Source: Octopus bimaculoides
Lineage: Eukaryota
DNA length: 47,811 nt
Direction: 5' to 3'
NCBI RefSeq assembly: GCF_001194135.2
Contig: NC_068988.1
Span: 79,533,807 to 79,581,617, forward strand
This document shows, piece after piece, positions 34,496 to 47,009 of this stretch (positions are counted from its first letter, which is position 1; the number at the start of each line of letters is the position of its first letter). A program made the position numbers and the translations under genes. The notes under the pieces were generated by a model. The model was given only the letters and a program-made list of their open reading frames with translations. It was not told where the DNA came from and searched no databases.

Positions 34496-35904
34496 TGGTT
34501 CTTGGATGAATGTAATCTACTGTTAGATTCACTTGTATAGAAATGCAAATGATATAAAGCAAACAAAACATTATGTAACTGTCATATTGTATACCACTTC
34601 AGAAACTGAGTACATAAACAAAAACAAAAAATTAATTGTACCATACAGTACTTGAACAAGAAAGAAAGGTTAACTCATGACATTTTGGTAAACTCAGTTT
34701 TAGCTTCTCAAATAACCACAGTATCTATGTTAAAGACAAAGAATACCTGGAGTGCTAAATCATTGGTTGTAAGCAACTCTAATAGCATAAGGAATTTAAA
34801 CAACTTTTAAATGATATAAATCGCTAAATATCTCCCAAGTACCCAACTACCAGATTATATTCTCTCACTGGATCTGTGACAAGGCCAATGTAACTCTCAG
34901 TAGCTCAGCCAATCAAGCTAAAAATGGTTTTATGAAATGGTATTGCAACAGCTCTGAAAATATGATGGACTCTATATGAGTAATCAAAACCTACATAAAA
35001 TAATACATGATAAAAATACACTTAAATAATTAGAAGAGTCATTACTTCCTTGTTAAATGGGAATTTATGTAATGGGTAGATTGCAAGCCTCCTTTTTTTC
35101 CCCCCTGGTTAGCAACAGATCATGCTTTGATTCTTTTTTTTCATTTCATGTTAGAGTTCACCATTTTAATTTTGAAGGCAGTGAAGGGAATAATGCAAAC
35201 AGTTGTGTTTTGGATTATTTAAGAGTTTAAAAGTATTTGGTTCCTTACTTCTAAATTCCAAGTCCAAATCTTTCAGTGCTGATAATTTTATTTCTTACAA
35301 TGCACTGAACATGTTTCCATCAACTCTCTATGATCTTGAGGTTGTGCTAAACTAATGAAGCTGCAACTAGGATGTTTGACATCATAGGAATAACAACTAA
35401 ATCTTCCTCATCTTACCAGCTTCCTAAAAGAAAGGCACATTGGATCTTTTATCACAGGTCTTCTTGAGTAGAGTTGACATGCGACTGAACAACAAAATGA
35501 AACATCTGCAGTGCTTTACCTTATAATCTGCTGTTGATAATTTAATACTGATTAGTAAAAAACCTATGATAGAATAATCAAATGAAAATATTATAAAAAT
35601 AAACAATTTATTATATCACATTCATTTCTCATGAGTAATACAGCTCCACCGGATAGTATTTTGCTGTTATCAAAAGTTCCCTTGTTTACTTGTTTAATCA
35701 ACATATTTCTTTTATTGGTAAAGTTCAAATTAAATTTGTTTTTTTTTTCCTATAAAGTGTTTGGAATGTAGCTAGCTTTTCAGCATCGTATTATCTGTGT
35801 ACAGTAAAATAGAGCATATGAAGCCGTGCTGGATATTTAAGTTTACAAAATCATGACGCCTCAAACCACTTTTACAACTTTCTGACAATTAGAAATAGTA
35901 AAGA

Positions 35905-36036
35905 AAAAGTATACATTGGCGCAGTTGTTTGCTTTCCAACCACATGGTTCTAGGTCCAGTCCCACCCTGTGGCATCTCAGACCGACCAAAGCCCTGTGAG
36001 TGGATTTGGTGGACGGAATTTGAAAGGAATTCATCG

Positions 36037-36050
<14 letters not shown>
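35905..36050 (+). mobile_element. S2 SINE head
   Basis: ttccaaccacatggttctaggtccagtccc..gaccaaagccctgtgagtggatttggt. Confidence 0.8.
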
Positions 36051-36067
<17 letters not shown>

Positions 36068-36108
36068 TGTTCCTACACCTGTCCTTGTCTTTTGTCTTCT
36101 GTAAATAT

Positions 36109-36163
<55 letters not shown>

Positions 36164-36479
36164 ATTCCTGAGAGAATCGGGTACTTAAATAATAAGCCCC
36201 AAGCGGGGTTGGATTAACCTGTGGTCACCACCTATGGTCGATTAATATCCAGTAGAATGTTCAGGTTGTGCACAGAGAAAAACAATCCTAAAAGTATTTA
36301 GCGGCCAGGGGCTGGTCCAAAGCGCACGTCGTGTTGATTATGTGTTGTCTGGTATACTCTAGTGTGTCCGATGTGCTGTGAATCCCTAAGGTGTATTATA
36401 AGTAAATGAATAACAGACGATGGATGACCTTTATCTCCACCGTCTGTAATTATTCATTTGCGTATATACACACACATGC

Positions 36480-36672
36480 GTGACAATTTTTGCCTCCCTC
36501 TTCCGCTGCTTGACAACTGGTGTTGGTTTGTTTACGTCTCCGTAACTTAGAGGTTCAGCAAAATGACTCCGACGCAGAAAGTACCAAACTGGGGTCGATT
36601 TGTTCGACTAAACCGTTCAAGAAGGTGCCCCATTAGAATGGAAGCATTCTAATGACTGAAACAAGTAAAAGG
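36480..36672 (+). mobile_element. S2 SINE tail
   Basis: gcttgacaactggtgttggt..cgtaacttag..ctggggtcgatttgttcgactaa..atgactgaaacaagtaaaag. Confidence 0.8.
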
Positions 36673-36823
36673 TAAAATATATGTACATATAAATATAAAT
36701 ATATATATACATATACACATACAAACATACATACACACACATACGCGCGCGCACACACGCACAACCTCATTTATATGCAACAATATTTCTCCTTTTTCTA
36801 TCAACCACCACATTTCGCCGTAG

Positions 36824-36886
36824 TTTGTAACAACACAATGACAATAAATCCAAGATTTGCCAATATTTGTAGCAATAAAACGCTCT
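36824..36886 (+). CDS. Candidate internal coding exon (63 nt, phase 1-1) of an unidentified gene
   Basis: Pyrimidine-rich acceptor tttctcctttttct..tttcgccgtAG, donor GTAAGT at 36887, open frame CNNTMTINPRFANICSNKTL; no homology recognised. Confidence 0.35.
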
Positions 36887-37254
36887 GTAAGTATAACAGT
36901 CAACAATGGCGATGTGGAGGAAAAAGAACGAACAAGAAAATCAGCAAGTTTTTGTGAAGTAAATAAGCCGAAAATTAGTGCGAGGGAGTCTAAAGGCAGA
37001 CAGAAAGTCTGCTCGAAAGAGCTTCCCTCTCTCCCATTCAATGACAGATGACCTCGATACGTCATCATGAACTTTGAGCTGGAGCCATTATAAGCAATGT
37101 GTCGTTGTACTTTCAAAATAAACATTTCCCTCCTTTTCTCCCTCTCTCTCTCGCTGTTCCCACTGTATCTCTTCCTCTCAGGACTCCACCATTTCTATGT
37201 GTATTACCCCTCTCACTTGATCCACATTGCATGAACACATACGCTTAACCAACA

Positions 37255-37455
37255 GGGAGCCTCTACGTGGTCGCTTGACATGCTTGAAATAGCAGTCACA
37301 TATACAGCAATTTACTCATCCTTCATCTGTCTTAAAAAAACTATAACGCACATTAAATACTGTAATCCTGGAAACTCTTAAAAATGGGATGGTCATGGCT
37401 AGAATGCCTTTGATCATGGGCCAGCGCAATCAAGGCTTACCTAGGGCTCAAACAA
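37255..37455 (+). repeat. Family S3 repeat
   Basis: ggagcctctacgtggtcgcttgacatgcttgaaatagcag..gaatgcctttgatcat..ctagggctcaaacaac; homologous to 40120-40310. Confidence 0.6.
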
Positions 37456-37618
37456 CACTACATTTGCTTATCTCTCTCTCTTTCTCTCTCGCACGCGAGT
37501 CTCCTTTCCTTCCTCCTACCACAACAAACAACCAATGGTTGAAACTCATGTCTGCCAAGAAATGGCTAGGAAAGATGTGCGCGCCTCTGGCTTGCTCTCT
37601 CTCTCTCTCTCTCTCTAG

Positions 37619-37662
<44 letters not shown>

Positions 37663-38228
37663 GGACGCATGCGAGAGAGAAATGTTTTCAAATATATTCA
37701 GCAATGGCAGCATCTAGATTAACTATGCCGATGCATGTAATAAAACGTATCTATGATCTCATGGACAATAGGAGTTCTGAGTGAAAACTAATCCAAATCG
37801 TATCCTGTTCAAGGAAACAACAACCATCTGCAGTCAAAAATAAATTCATCATGTTCTGATAGAACGATAGTCATGATGAAAATTTATATTTATCTATTAG
37901 TTATGCACTAAACAACTATATGGAAATATTAATAATCAGATTTATAACTATGAATAAACAACCTTAAATAGATTATCTTACATCAACATCTTAAAGCAAT
38001 TAAACATAATAAAAAGGATTAAACATAAAACAATAAATATTGTCGAGAAACTGAAGAGAAAGACGCCTGTGAATTATTTCAGTAATTATCAACCGGGTGA
38101 AATAATCAAAAGTAGCCGAAAATAGTGTTCGGAGTATGGTTAAAAAGGGAGTAGAGAATAAGAAATCGCTGTGTACAGTAAGATTTGAAATCAGCGAGAT
38201 GGGGGAAAAATTTATCGTATGCATGTGC

Positions 38229-38275
<47 letters not shown>

Positions 38276-38375
38276 NNNNNNNNNNNNNNNNNNNNNNNNN
38301 NNNNNNNNNNNNNNNNNNNNNNNNNNNNNNNNNNNNNNNNNNNNNNNNNNNNNNNNNNNNNNNNNNNNNNNNNNN

Positions 38376-38416
<41 letters not shown>

Positions 38417-39028
38417 TAATATATACAAGTCAATCACATTGTTCAGATGTGAACAATAAAATGAACAGAGACTAATCTAAGTGCATGCATATATAACACA
38501 ACTTCCTTGGCATACTATAAAATAATGTACATCGAAACATACATGAGGAGTGTAGTGTTATTAGCAAGCAAGTAGGTTAACATGTAGATGTTATAGTGTG
38601 CTCTCATCACCACCTGTGTTACGAGTGAAACTGGTCTCTTCATTTATTTACTAGACAAGTATACACAAGGAGAGAGAAAACACAGCTTGCAACACTCAAC
38701 ATTAAACAAAAAGACCTATAGAAATTTCATATAAAATCATAAACATGCAATCACCACGTAGTTCTTTATGCAGAGGTTGTAATATTTATTAGATATTAGC
38801 GTTTGTTGTTTGAGGTAAAGGTTGAAAGAGAAGGAAGAGGTTGAATAGTGAGTAACTAAGAGTTAGAAAGAGAATAGAGGGTTAAAGAGAGAAAATAGAT
38901 GGATGGGTGGATGGAGACGAGAAAGATATGTAAACACAAGAAGAAAGAACAAGAACAGTGAAAAGGAGCGAGAGAGAGAGGGAGAAAGAGATTCGGCTAC
39001 TACAACTACTTCTAATTGAAGTGAGGGT

Positions 39029-39872
39029 CGCCATGTTGAAATAGTGAATAGGCATCAGCAGGGGCAATGGTAGTGGTGGCAGTAGTAGATATAAGAGAGA
39101 AGGAGGGAATGATAGCCAGAGAGGGGAGGGGGTAGACACAAACACAGACATGCACTAACGACAAGCCTCAGCACAAAATATTATGATCAGACAATATTTA
39201 TTATTACTACTACACATGGACAATTAAATTATTCCTTGTTTGTTATTGGAGTTTATATACCAATGAGAAAATTAATATTCTTTAAACATTATCGTTAGAA
39301 ACGTTGCATTTTATCATATAATCGAACATTAACGACAGATAGTATATTATACTTAGTTTACGAAACTGAAAAAAACGTGAAATCAGCAATCACTTAAATC
39401 TTCAAACATTTCATTATTAAGCATAGGCTAATGTAAATACATTATGTATTTACATTTAATCAACAAAGTGAGTGAGAGAGTATGAGGTGGAGTGAATCAT
39501 AAAAGACATGTGAGGGAGCGAGTGAGAGAGAGAGTGTAAGATAGAGAAGTTACTGTGTAAATAAATATAAATTATGATCAACGAAACACTTACCGATCTA
39601 AAAGGAAAATAGTATCTCGCTGTGAATCTTTGATACAGTTTGGTATCCACGAGGTTAATATTGTATGTAAATGGTCGACAATATAAAATCGGCGTCTAAC
39701 AAGAGGACTCACTGACTGGGATTAATTGAGGCTGGTCACATGACCTGTCATTTTGAAGGCTTTTATTGATGAGAACTGGTTATTTATAGTACAAAACACG
39801 GAACCAACCAATGAAAAGCTTGTACTGAGACTCACAGTTAATACAGGGACCCTGATAGTGCTTTCTCATTGG
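39029..39872. promoter_or_regulatory. Promoter-like motif cluster
   Basis: YY1-like CGCCATGTT 39029-37, E/M-box GGTCACATGACC 39734-45, CCAAT 39808-12 and ATTGG 39868-72. Confidence 0.3.
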
Positions 39873-40119
39873 TCAATCTAGGAATCCCTCCACCTCTCTC
39901 CCTTTCTTTAGTTGTTGTTCACTTCTCTCTTTTAGTAGTAGACTGGCTTGTCATGGTTGGTCTTATCCGACACCTACGCGCTCCTCACACCGACTCATTT
40001 ACACATTGTTTTTATGGTTACTAATCAGTTGTTTTTCATACTATACTTTGTTGATTATTTAGTTTTTCCTCCATCGATGTCTGTTCCTTGCTACAGCATC
40101 ATTGCCTGCATGAGTAATG

Positions 40120-40310
40120 AGGAGACCTCTATCTAGCGACATTACTTGCTAGAAGTAGTAGCCAAATCTTCCTCATATCAAACTTTAAGGACATATTAAC
40201 TAATATAGTGTCCTATATACCCATGAAAACGATCGGTTGGTTGTAGCTGGAATGACTTTGATCATTGGTCTGCTTGAACTATGCTGACCTAGGGCTAAAC
40301 AAAAACAACA
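40120..40310 (+). repeat. Family S3 repeat
   Basis: ggagacctctat..gctagaagtagtagccaaatc..gaatgactttgatcat..cctagggctaaacaaaaacaac. Confidence 0.6.
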
Positions 40311-41948
40311 CATCGTTGCTTCTTGATAATCTTATTTATTATTAATCATCATAGTTATTATTTTCATCGGCATAACTCATACCTATATTGCTAGCTTCGA
40401 AACAGCCAACTCGCCTTTCCCTATAAGTGTAAGTCGTTTCCAGTTTAATGAAATATATCATTCAAACAAAACAGGTTGGCGCTAGTTTCTTCTACATCTG
40501 AATAACACACACATACACATAATCGTTCACTGTATGCATACAGAAACATACACGATAAGCATCAAGATATACTCATTAATATTTGAAGAACCAGCGTATC
40601 TAAAACTTCGGCTCGTGACATAGATTATACATACATATATACATACAGACATATATATATATATATATGCGTGTGTGTGTGTGTGTGTATTATGTATGTA
40701 TATAAGAGAGAGAAATGTATGCATGCACGTGAGTGTGTTTGCGATCCTTCGCGGTAATTCTGAATTTTAGTGGTGGGGGTCTTGGTTCTTCGAGAGAAAT
40801 TACTCAAAGTGAAGACAAATGAAAAACAAAAAAAAAGGCCGATATAGAAAATTAAGTAATTCATTTCCGTCTTGACCACCACTTAAGTTTCCTTTCTCTC
40901 TCACGCTCTCACTCTTACTCACTCTATTTCCCTCCACTCCTCCACAGTGCCGAAAACGTAGTTACACCTCCTCACACTACCACCATCCAACCTTATTCAC
41001 TTATTAGCTCCCACTACTACTTCTCTCTACTTGTGTCTGACACTTTGTCTACTTCTGCCGCCACTTCTGCCGAACACGACTTCCTCACATTTATTCTTCT
41101 CCTTCATCTTCTGGTACTTTTCGCCCCTTGTTCAGCTTTCTTGTTCTAGTTCTTGCTAACGTTGTATTTCTAACATGTTCGGCTCTTGTCTAAACACTGT
41201 GGCTTCTCTCTTAATCCGTTATTTCGTTAACTTTCCACCTGTTCTACCTCTTCCATTTCTCTCTGACCGCCTTGATCGACTTCTTTCTCTCTCTCTCTCT
41301 CAGTCTCTCTCACTCTGTCTTCCCCTCCTCCTCTTTGTCATTTCCCTTCATCCGCTAACTTGTCTTTGAGACAATACATTATAATCTTTTCTCTTAGGCA
41401 ACAATAGACGAGGGGATTTTACTTACGGTGTTTACTATCGTCCCTCCACCAATCAACTTTTCTTCTTATTTACCTCTTTCTCCCTCTTTCTCTCCTCAGC
41501 ACAACCTCTAACGCATATATCACTCCAGTTACCTCTTTTAGAATCTGTAATTCTACACCATTTCCACTATTCATACGCATACACACATATACATACGTAT
41601 CTATCTATCTATCTATCTATCTATCTGTCTGTCTCAATGTATGTATGTACACACACACACATAAATATATACATAGATGCACAGACGCAAACACACACTT
41701 GTAAATATGTGTATGTAATGTGTGTATGAACGATTATACATTTGTATGTTTGTCTAAATTTAGAGTCTAAATCAAAAGAAGTTAACGTGGAGCTTGGCGC
41801 TTCTTAATACTACTTTGTACATGTAGCGACATCACACACACGCATATATACATACACGCATACGCACACAAACATACGCATATGCACACACACATACACG
41901 TACACATAGACATGCACGTAATATGTATGTATATATGTTTGTGTGTGT

Positions 41949-41991
<43 letters not shown>

Positions 41992-42396
41992 NNNNNNNNN
42001 NNNNNNNNNNNNNNNNNNNNNNNNNNNNNNNNNNNNNNNNNNNNNNNNNNNNNNNNNNNNNNNNNNNNNNNNNNNNNNNNNNNNNNNNNNNNNNNNNNNN
42101 NNNNNNNNNNNNNNNNNNNNNNNNNNNNNNNNNNNNNNNNNNNNNNNNNNNNNNNNNNNNNNNNNNNNNNNNNNNNNNNNNNNNNNNNNNNNNNNNNNNN
42201 NNNNNNNNNNNNNNNNNNNNNNNNNNNNNNNNNNNNNNNNNNNNNNNNNNNNNNNNNNNNNNNNNNNNNNNNNNNNNNNNNNNNNNNNNNNNNNNNNNNN
42301 NNNNNNNNNNNNNNNNNNNNNNNNNNNNNNNNNNNNNNNNNNNNNNNNNNNNNNNNNNNNNNNNNNNNNNNNNNNNNNNNNNNNNNNNNNNNNNNN

Positions 42397-42444
<48 letters not shown>

Positions 42445-42449
<5 letters not shown>

Positions 42450-42620
42450 GTTTCTGTTTCTTCCCCACCCCCATCGGTTGACAACAGATGCTGGTATGTT
42501 TACGGCCCCGCATCTTAGCGGTTTGGTAACAGAGAACCGATAGAATAAGTACTAGGCTTACAAAGAATAAGTCCTGGGGTCGATTTGCTCAACTAAAGGT
42601 AGTGCTCCAGCATGGCGGCA
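42445..42620 (+). mobile_element. S2 SINE tail
   Basis: ttgacaacagatgctggt..aataagtactaggcttacaaagaataagtcctggggtcgatttg..gtgctccagcatggc. Confidence 0.85.
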
Positions 42621-42794
42621 ATATTTATGGTAATTAGTATAAAGTCATTATTTAATGGTTTATCAGTGGCCAGCCAGCATACTAAAATACCATAATGGTT
42701 AATTTATATTAAAATTGTAATAAGGGTGTTGAATGATTACAACTCCAGTCTGCTAGAAATAGACCCCAAATGGTCTAGGAACCACTTAGAATCT

Positions 42795-43268
42795 AAGTGG
42801 TTCCCAAACTTTTTAGAGACGCGACCCACTTAACTCTACAGGGTTAGCGTTAGGGTTATATTAAATGTGAAACAAAACGTTTTATAACAGTTTCAGCGTC
42901 TCCATACCCTATGGGCAGGTATTGACTCTAATACAAAACCTCGAAGCAGTAACTGTTATCGGCTCGATCAGTGTTGTACTGCGCCTAGTTAAAGTTCTCT
43001 ATAAATATGTAAAAACAGACTTTTCCATTTTACGATTACGTACGAATAAATAACTTGAGAAAATGACTACCTCTGATTTGTTAAGTTCGTGAAAAAAGCC
43101 TACTGCTTGGTAAAACAACCAGTCTGGTATTGAAAACATGAGTCTTGAACTATCTCGATAGACAACAGTTAATCAAAGCTAATGCGTAGTTTTATAACTT
43201 TTTGCGACCCACTAGGATTCCGTTCGCGACCCATCAGTGGGTCGCGACTCATAGTTTGGGAACCACTG
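42795..43268. mobile_element. hAT (Charlie-like) MITE
   Basis: 16-bp TIRs (a)agtggttcccaaact 42795-42810 / agtttgggaaccactg 43253-43268; subterminal gcgaccca repeats; right flank acttagat echoed by left flank acttagaa. Confidence 0.85.
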
Positions 43269-43359
43269 ACTTAGATTATTACTCCACCAGACTGGTGTTG
43301 TAATCAATCAACACCTTTATTATAATTTTATGCGTGTGTGTGTGTGTGTGTGTGTGTGA

Positions 43360-43499
43360 ATCTTTTCTTTTACTTGCAGTCGTGCTGGGACACCGCCCTG
43401 ACGAATCTTAGTGGAACGAATCGGCTCCTGTACTTTTTTTACGTCGGTACTTATTCTGTCGATTTCTTTTGCCGGCCTGCTTCTCAAGCGGTGGTGAGG

Positions 43500-43500
<1 letters not shown>
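43360..43500 (-). mobile_element. Degenerate S2 SINE tail
   Basis: ttttacttg..gtgctgggacaccgcc..ggtacttattctgtcgat. Confidence 0.6.
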
Positions 43501-43534
<34 letters not shown>

Positions 43535-43671
43535 GTACAGACACACACACACATATGTACAGACACACACACACATCACCGACAAACACATGCACACGCA
43601 TATAAACATATATATGTATGTACGCACGTTTGTTTGTGTCAGTGTATACACACGCACACATATACATATAC

Positions 43672-43704
<33 letters not shown>

Positions 43705-43714
43705 NNNNNNNNNN

Positions 43715-43759
<45 letters not shown>

Positions 43760-43764
43760 CAGGC

Positions 43765-43875
43765 TTCTATCAGACTCCAGTTACCAAATGCACTGACAAA
43801 GCTATAGTAGATGACACTTGCTTAAGATGCCGCGGAGTGGGACTAAAACCGGAACTATGTGATAGGGAAACTAAT
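43765..43875 (-). mobile_element. Degenerate S2 SINE head
   Basis: accaaatgcactgacaaagctatagtagatgacacttgc..gcggagtgggactaaaaccggaac. Confidence 0.65.
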
Positions 43876-44715
43876 TTCTACGCATAGATGTATTCTTTTA
43901 CTTTTTAACTTGTTTCAATCATTGGGTTGTAACTATTTGATTGGGTTGTAACTATGCTGAGGCAGATACAGTGTAAATAGTCAAACATCGAAGGGACATC
44001 AACTGAATCATTAATTAACAATAACAGTTGTTTCAATAGTTTCTATTTTATCAATGACACATTTACTAAATTTGGCAACATTTGGTAATATATTAACAAC
44101 TGTATTTATTACACAATACACAGGCACACACTACACATATATGTACTTTTATCATTTTATATATATATACATAGCGTATATCTATTTGTATGTATGTGTG
44201 TATGTATGACGGCTTTCGACTCACTATTCCAGTATTACTATGTACGATCATAGGCCCCATAATGATGATATGCAACACTACAGGAAACCCTAGTTTTCAC
44301 TTCTTAGGATATCGGTCAGGTCTTCATGCATGGGTGATCGGAGAACCATATCTGCTTTATCCCATCGAACGAACACCTCTCGTGTGGTCGCTAAAGCAAA
44401 GAAGCTACGGGAAGTGGCTGTTTTCCAGTGCCACAAACGTGATTAGCTGCGCACTGATTGATAATGGTTATGAGAAGCCATTGGGGAAAGGAGCATCCAA
44501 AATACTACGAATCACATTCCATGGGACACGAGTACGACCCTCTACAGTTTAAACTTTTAAAGCCGTAACAGGAAACAAAAAAGTTGAAAACAAAAAGCTA
44601 CCAAAAATATGAGAAGGCTTCAAACTATATTCAAAATATCCTTATCCTATATTCAGTGGTATATACATTACATACGCATAATTCTCTCTCTCTCCCTCTC
44701 GTTCTATCTATCTAT

Positions 44716-44760
<45 letters not shown>

Positions 44761-45597
44761 NNNNNNNNNNNNNNNNNNNNNNNNNNNNNNNNNNNNNNNN
44801 NNNNNNNNNNNNNNNNNNNNNNNNNNNNNNNNNNNNNNNNNNNNNNNNNNNNNNNNNNNNNNNNNNNNNNNNNNNNNNNNNNNNNNNNNNNNNNNNNNNN
44901 NNNNNNNNNNNNNNNNNNNNNNNNNNNNNNNNNNNNNNNNNNNNNNNNNNNNNNNNNNNNNNNNNNNNNNNNNNNNNNNNNNNNNNNNNNNNNNNNNNNN
45001 NNNNNNNNNNNNNNNNNNNNNNNNNNNNNNNNNNNNNNNNNNNNNNNNNNNNNNNNNNNNNNNNNNNNNNNNNNNNNNNNNNNNNNNNNNNNNNNNNNNN
45101 NNNNNNNNNNNNNNNNNNNNNNNNNNNNNNNNNNNNNNNNNNNNNNNNNNNNNNNNNNNNNNNNNNNNNNNNNNNNNNNNNNNNNNNNNNNNNNNNNNNN
45201 NNNNNNNNNNNNNNNNNNNNNNNNNNNNNNNNNNNNNNNNNNNNNNNNNTATATATATATATATATATATATGGAGATGAAGGTATGTACATACATGTAC
45301 ATATATATGCATATACTCATATTGTTTATATATGAGTATATATATATATATATATGTATATAAATGCATGTATGGAGAGGGTCAGGTTGTTACGTTTATG
45401 GATTTGGATTTGTTTTATGATCATATATATTTATATATATTTATACATATTTATACATATTTATACATACTTATACACAAACATATGCATACAAATAAAG
45501 CGATTTATTTATTTATTCTTTTAATCTTTTACTTCTCTCACTCATTTGATTGAGGCTATGCTGGAGCACTACCTTAATTTATATTATATTCAAAGAT

Positions 45598-45745
45598 ATG
45601 CAGGCGTGGCCTTTGGTAAGGAACTTACCTCCCAACCGCATGTCTGTGGGTTCAATCCTACTGTGTGACACCTTGGGCAAGTGTCTTCTGCTGTATTGTC
45701 TCGGGCCTTTATGAGTGGATATGGTCAACAGAAACTAAAAGAAGT
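45598..45745 (+). mobile_element. S2 SINE head with Pol III B box
   Basis: GGTTCAATCC 45649-58, then gacaccttgggcaagtgtcttc. Confidence 0.8.
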
Positions 45746-45752
45746 CCGTCGA

Positions 45753-45786
<34 letters not shown>

Positions 45787-45860
45787 ATACATACATATAT
45801 ATATGTTTGTATGTATGTGTATATATATATATATATATGCATGTATGTATGTATACATAT

Positions 45861-45974
<114 letters not shown>

Positions 45975-46019
45975 GCATATATATACATACATATATATAT
46001 ATATACATATATATATATT

Positions 46020-46385
46020 CGGTTACTTGTTTCAGCCATTTGACTGCGGCCATGCTGGAGCACTGCCTTGACAGGTTTTCGTTGAACAAATTGATCCCAG
46101 GTCATTTTATAAAGCCTCGTACTTATTCCATCGTCGACTTTCGCCGAACCGTTAAGTTACGGGTAAGTAAGCACACCAACACCTGTTGTCAAGCTTGTGA
46201 TGGGGGGGGGGGACAAACACTGGCACAAAGACTGCTACCGTCTACCAAACTACCAAATCCACTCACAAGGCATTAGCCAACCCGAGGATATCGTAGAAGA
46301 CACTTGTCGAAGATTCCACGCAGTGGGACCGAATTCGGAACCATGTGGTTGTGAAGCATACTTCTTAGCACACAACCTCTCCTTC
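46020..46385 (-). mobile_element. S2 SINE, near full length
   Basis: Homologous over its length to 8322-8672. Confidence 0.85.
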
Positions 46386-46695
46386 GGCAATAAATACACG
46401 CACACACATCTGTATGTGAGTATATATGCGCGTGTACATATATTTACGTGTTTGTGTGTAAATAGTGTGCGAATACATATAACAATGTGTATATTATACT
46501 ACATTAACCGATACAAATGTAATAAACAATGGGTACACCAAATTTTCGAATTCCTCCAAGAAATGCCACTGGCATGGCCAAATGGTCGAAAATATGAGAT
46601 AAGCTAGCACTTCACTGGTAAATGTTATGAATTTTGGACATGGTTTATGTGTGGCTAAAAACTAACCAATTTTGTGTATATTTATATATATGTAC

Positions 46696-46699
<4 letters not shown>

Positions 46700-46728
<29 letters not shown>

Positions 46729-46730
46729 TG

Positions 46731-46801
<71 letters not shown>

Positions 46802-46818
46802 GTATCTATCTATCTATC

Positions 46819-46849
<31 letters not shown>

Positions 46850-46948
46850 CTATCAAGTTATCGATCCATCGATCTGTTTCCTTTTATCTCGATCTTTCTC
46901 ATATATATATGTACATATATAAAAGAAAAAAAGAAGATATTATTATTA

Positions 46949-47008
<60 letters not shown>

Positions 47009-47009
47009 G
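46700..47009. repeat. (TATG)n/(TCTA)n and (ATT)n microsatellites
   Basis: Direct reading. Confidence 0.95.

Larger units (their letters stand above)
5303..45250. other. Twelve assembly gaps within this span (about 5303-5560, 9595-10088, 10741-10951, 15181-15342, 16555-16713, 18509-18659, 27945-28017, 28476-28575, 38276-38376, 41992-42396, 43705-43714, 44761-45250)
   Basis: N runs, mostly bordered by (TA)n. Confidence 0.98.

Noticed and set aside
35416-35485. Possible minus-strand exon ACQLYSRRPVIKDPMCLSFRKL with GTAAGA donor
   Set aside because: Plausible splice sites but no homology or partner exon; cannot be distinguished from chance.
36649-37125. 158-aa minus ORF and the overlapping plus ORF 36857-37051 (possible terminal exon with AATAAA at 37117)
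   Set aside because: No recognisable homology; the minus acceptor is just the complement of the plus GTAAGT donor; the 63-nt exon model has better splice signals. Not excluded, but unsupported.
42841-42858. Telomere-like gggttagcgttagggtta
   Set aside because: Only two to three imperfect units inside a MITE.
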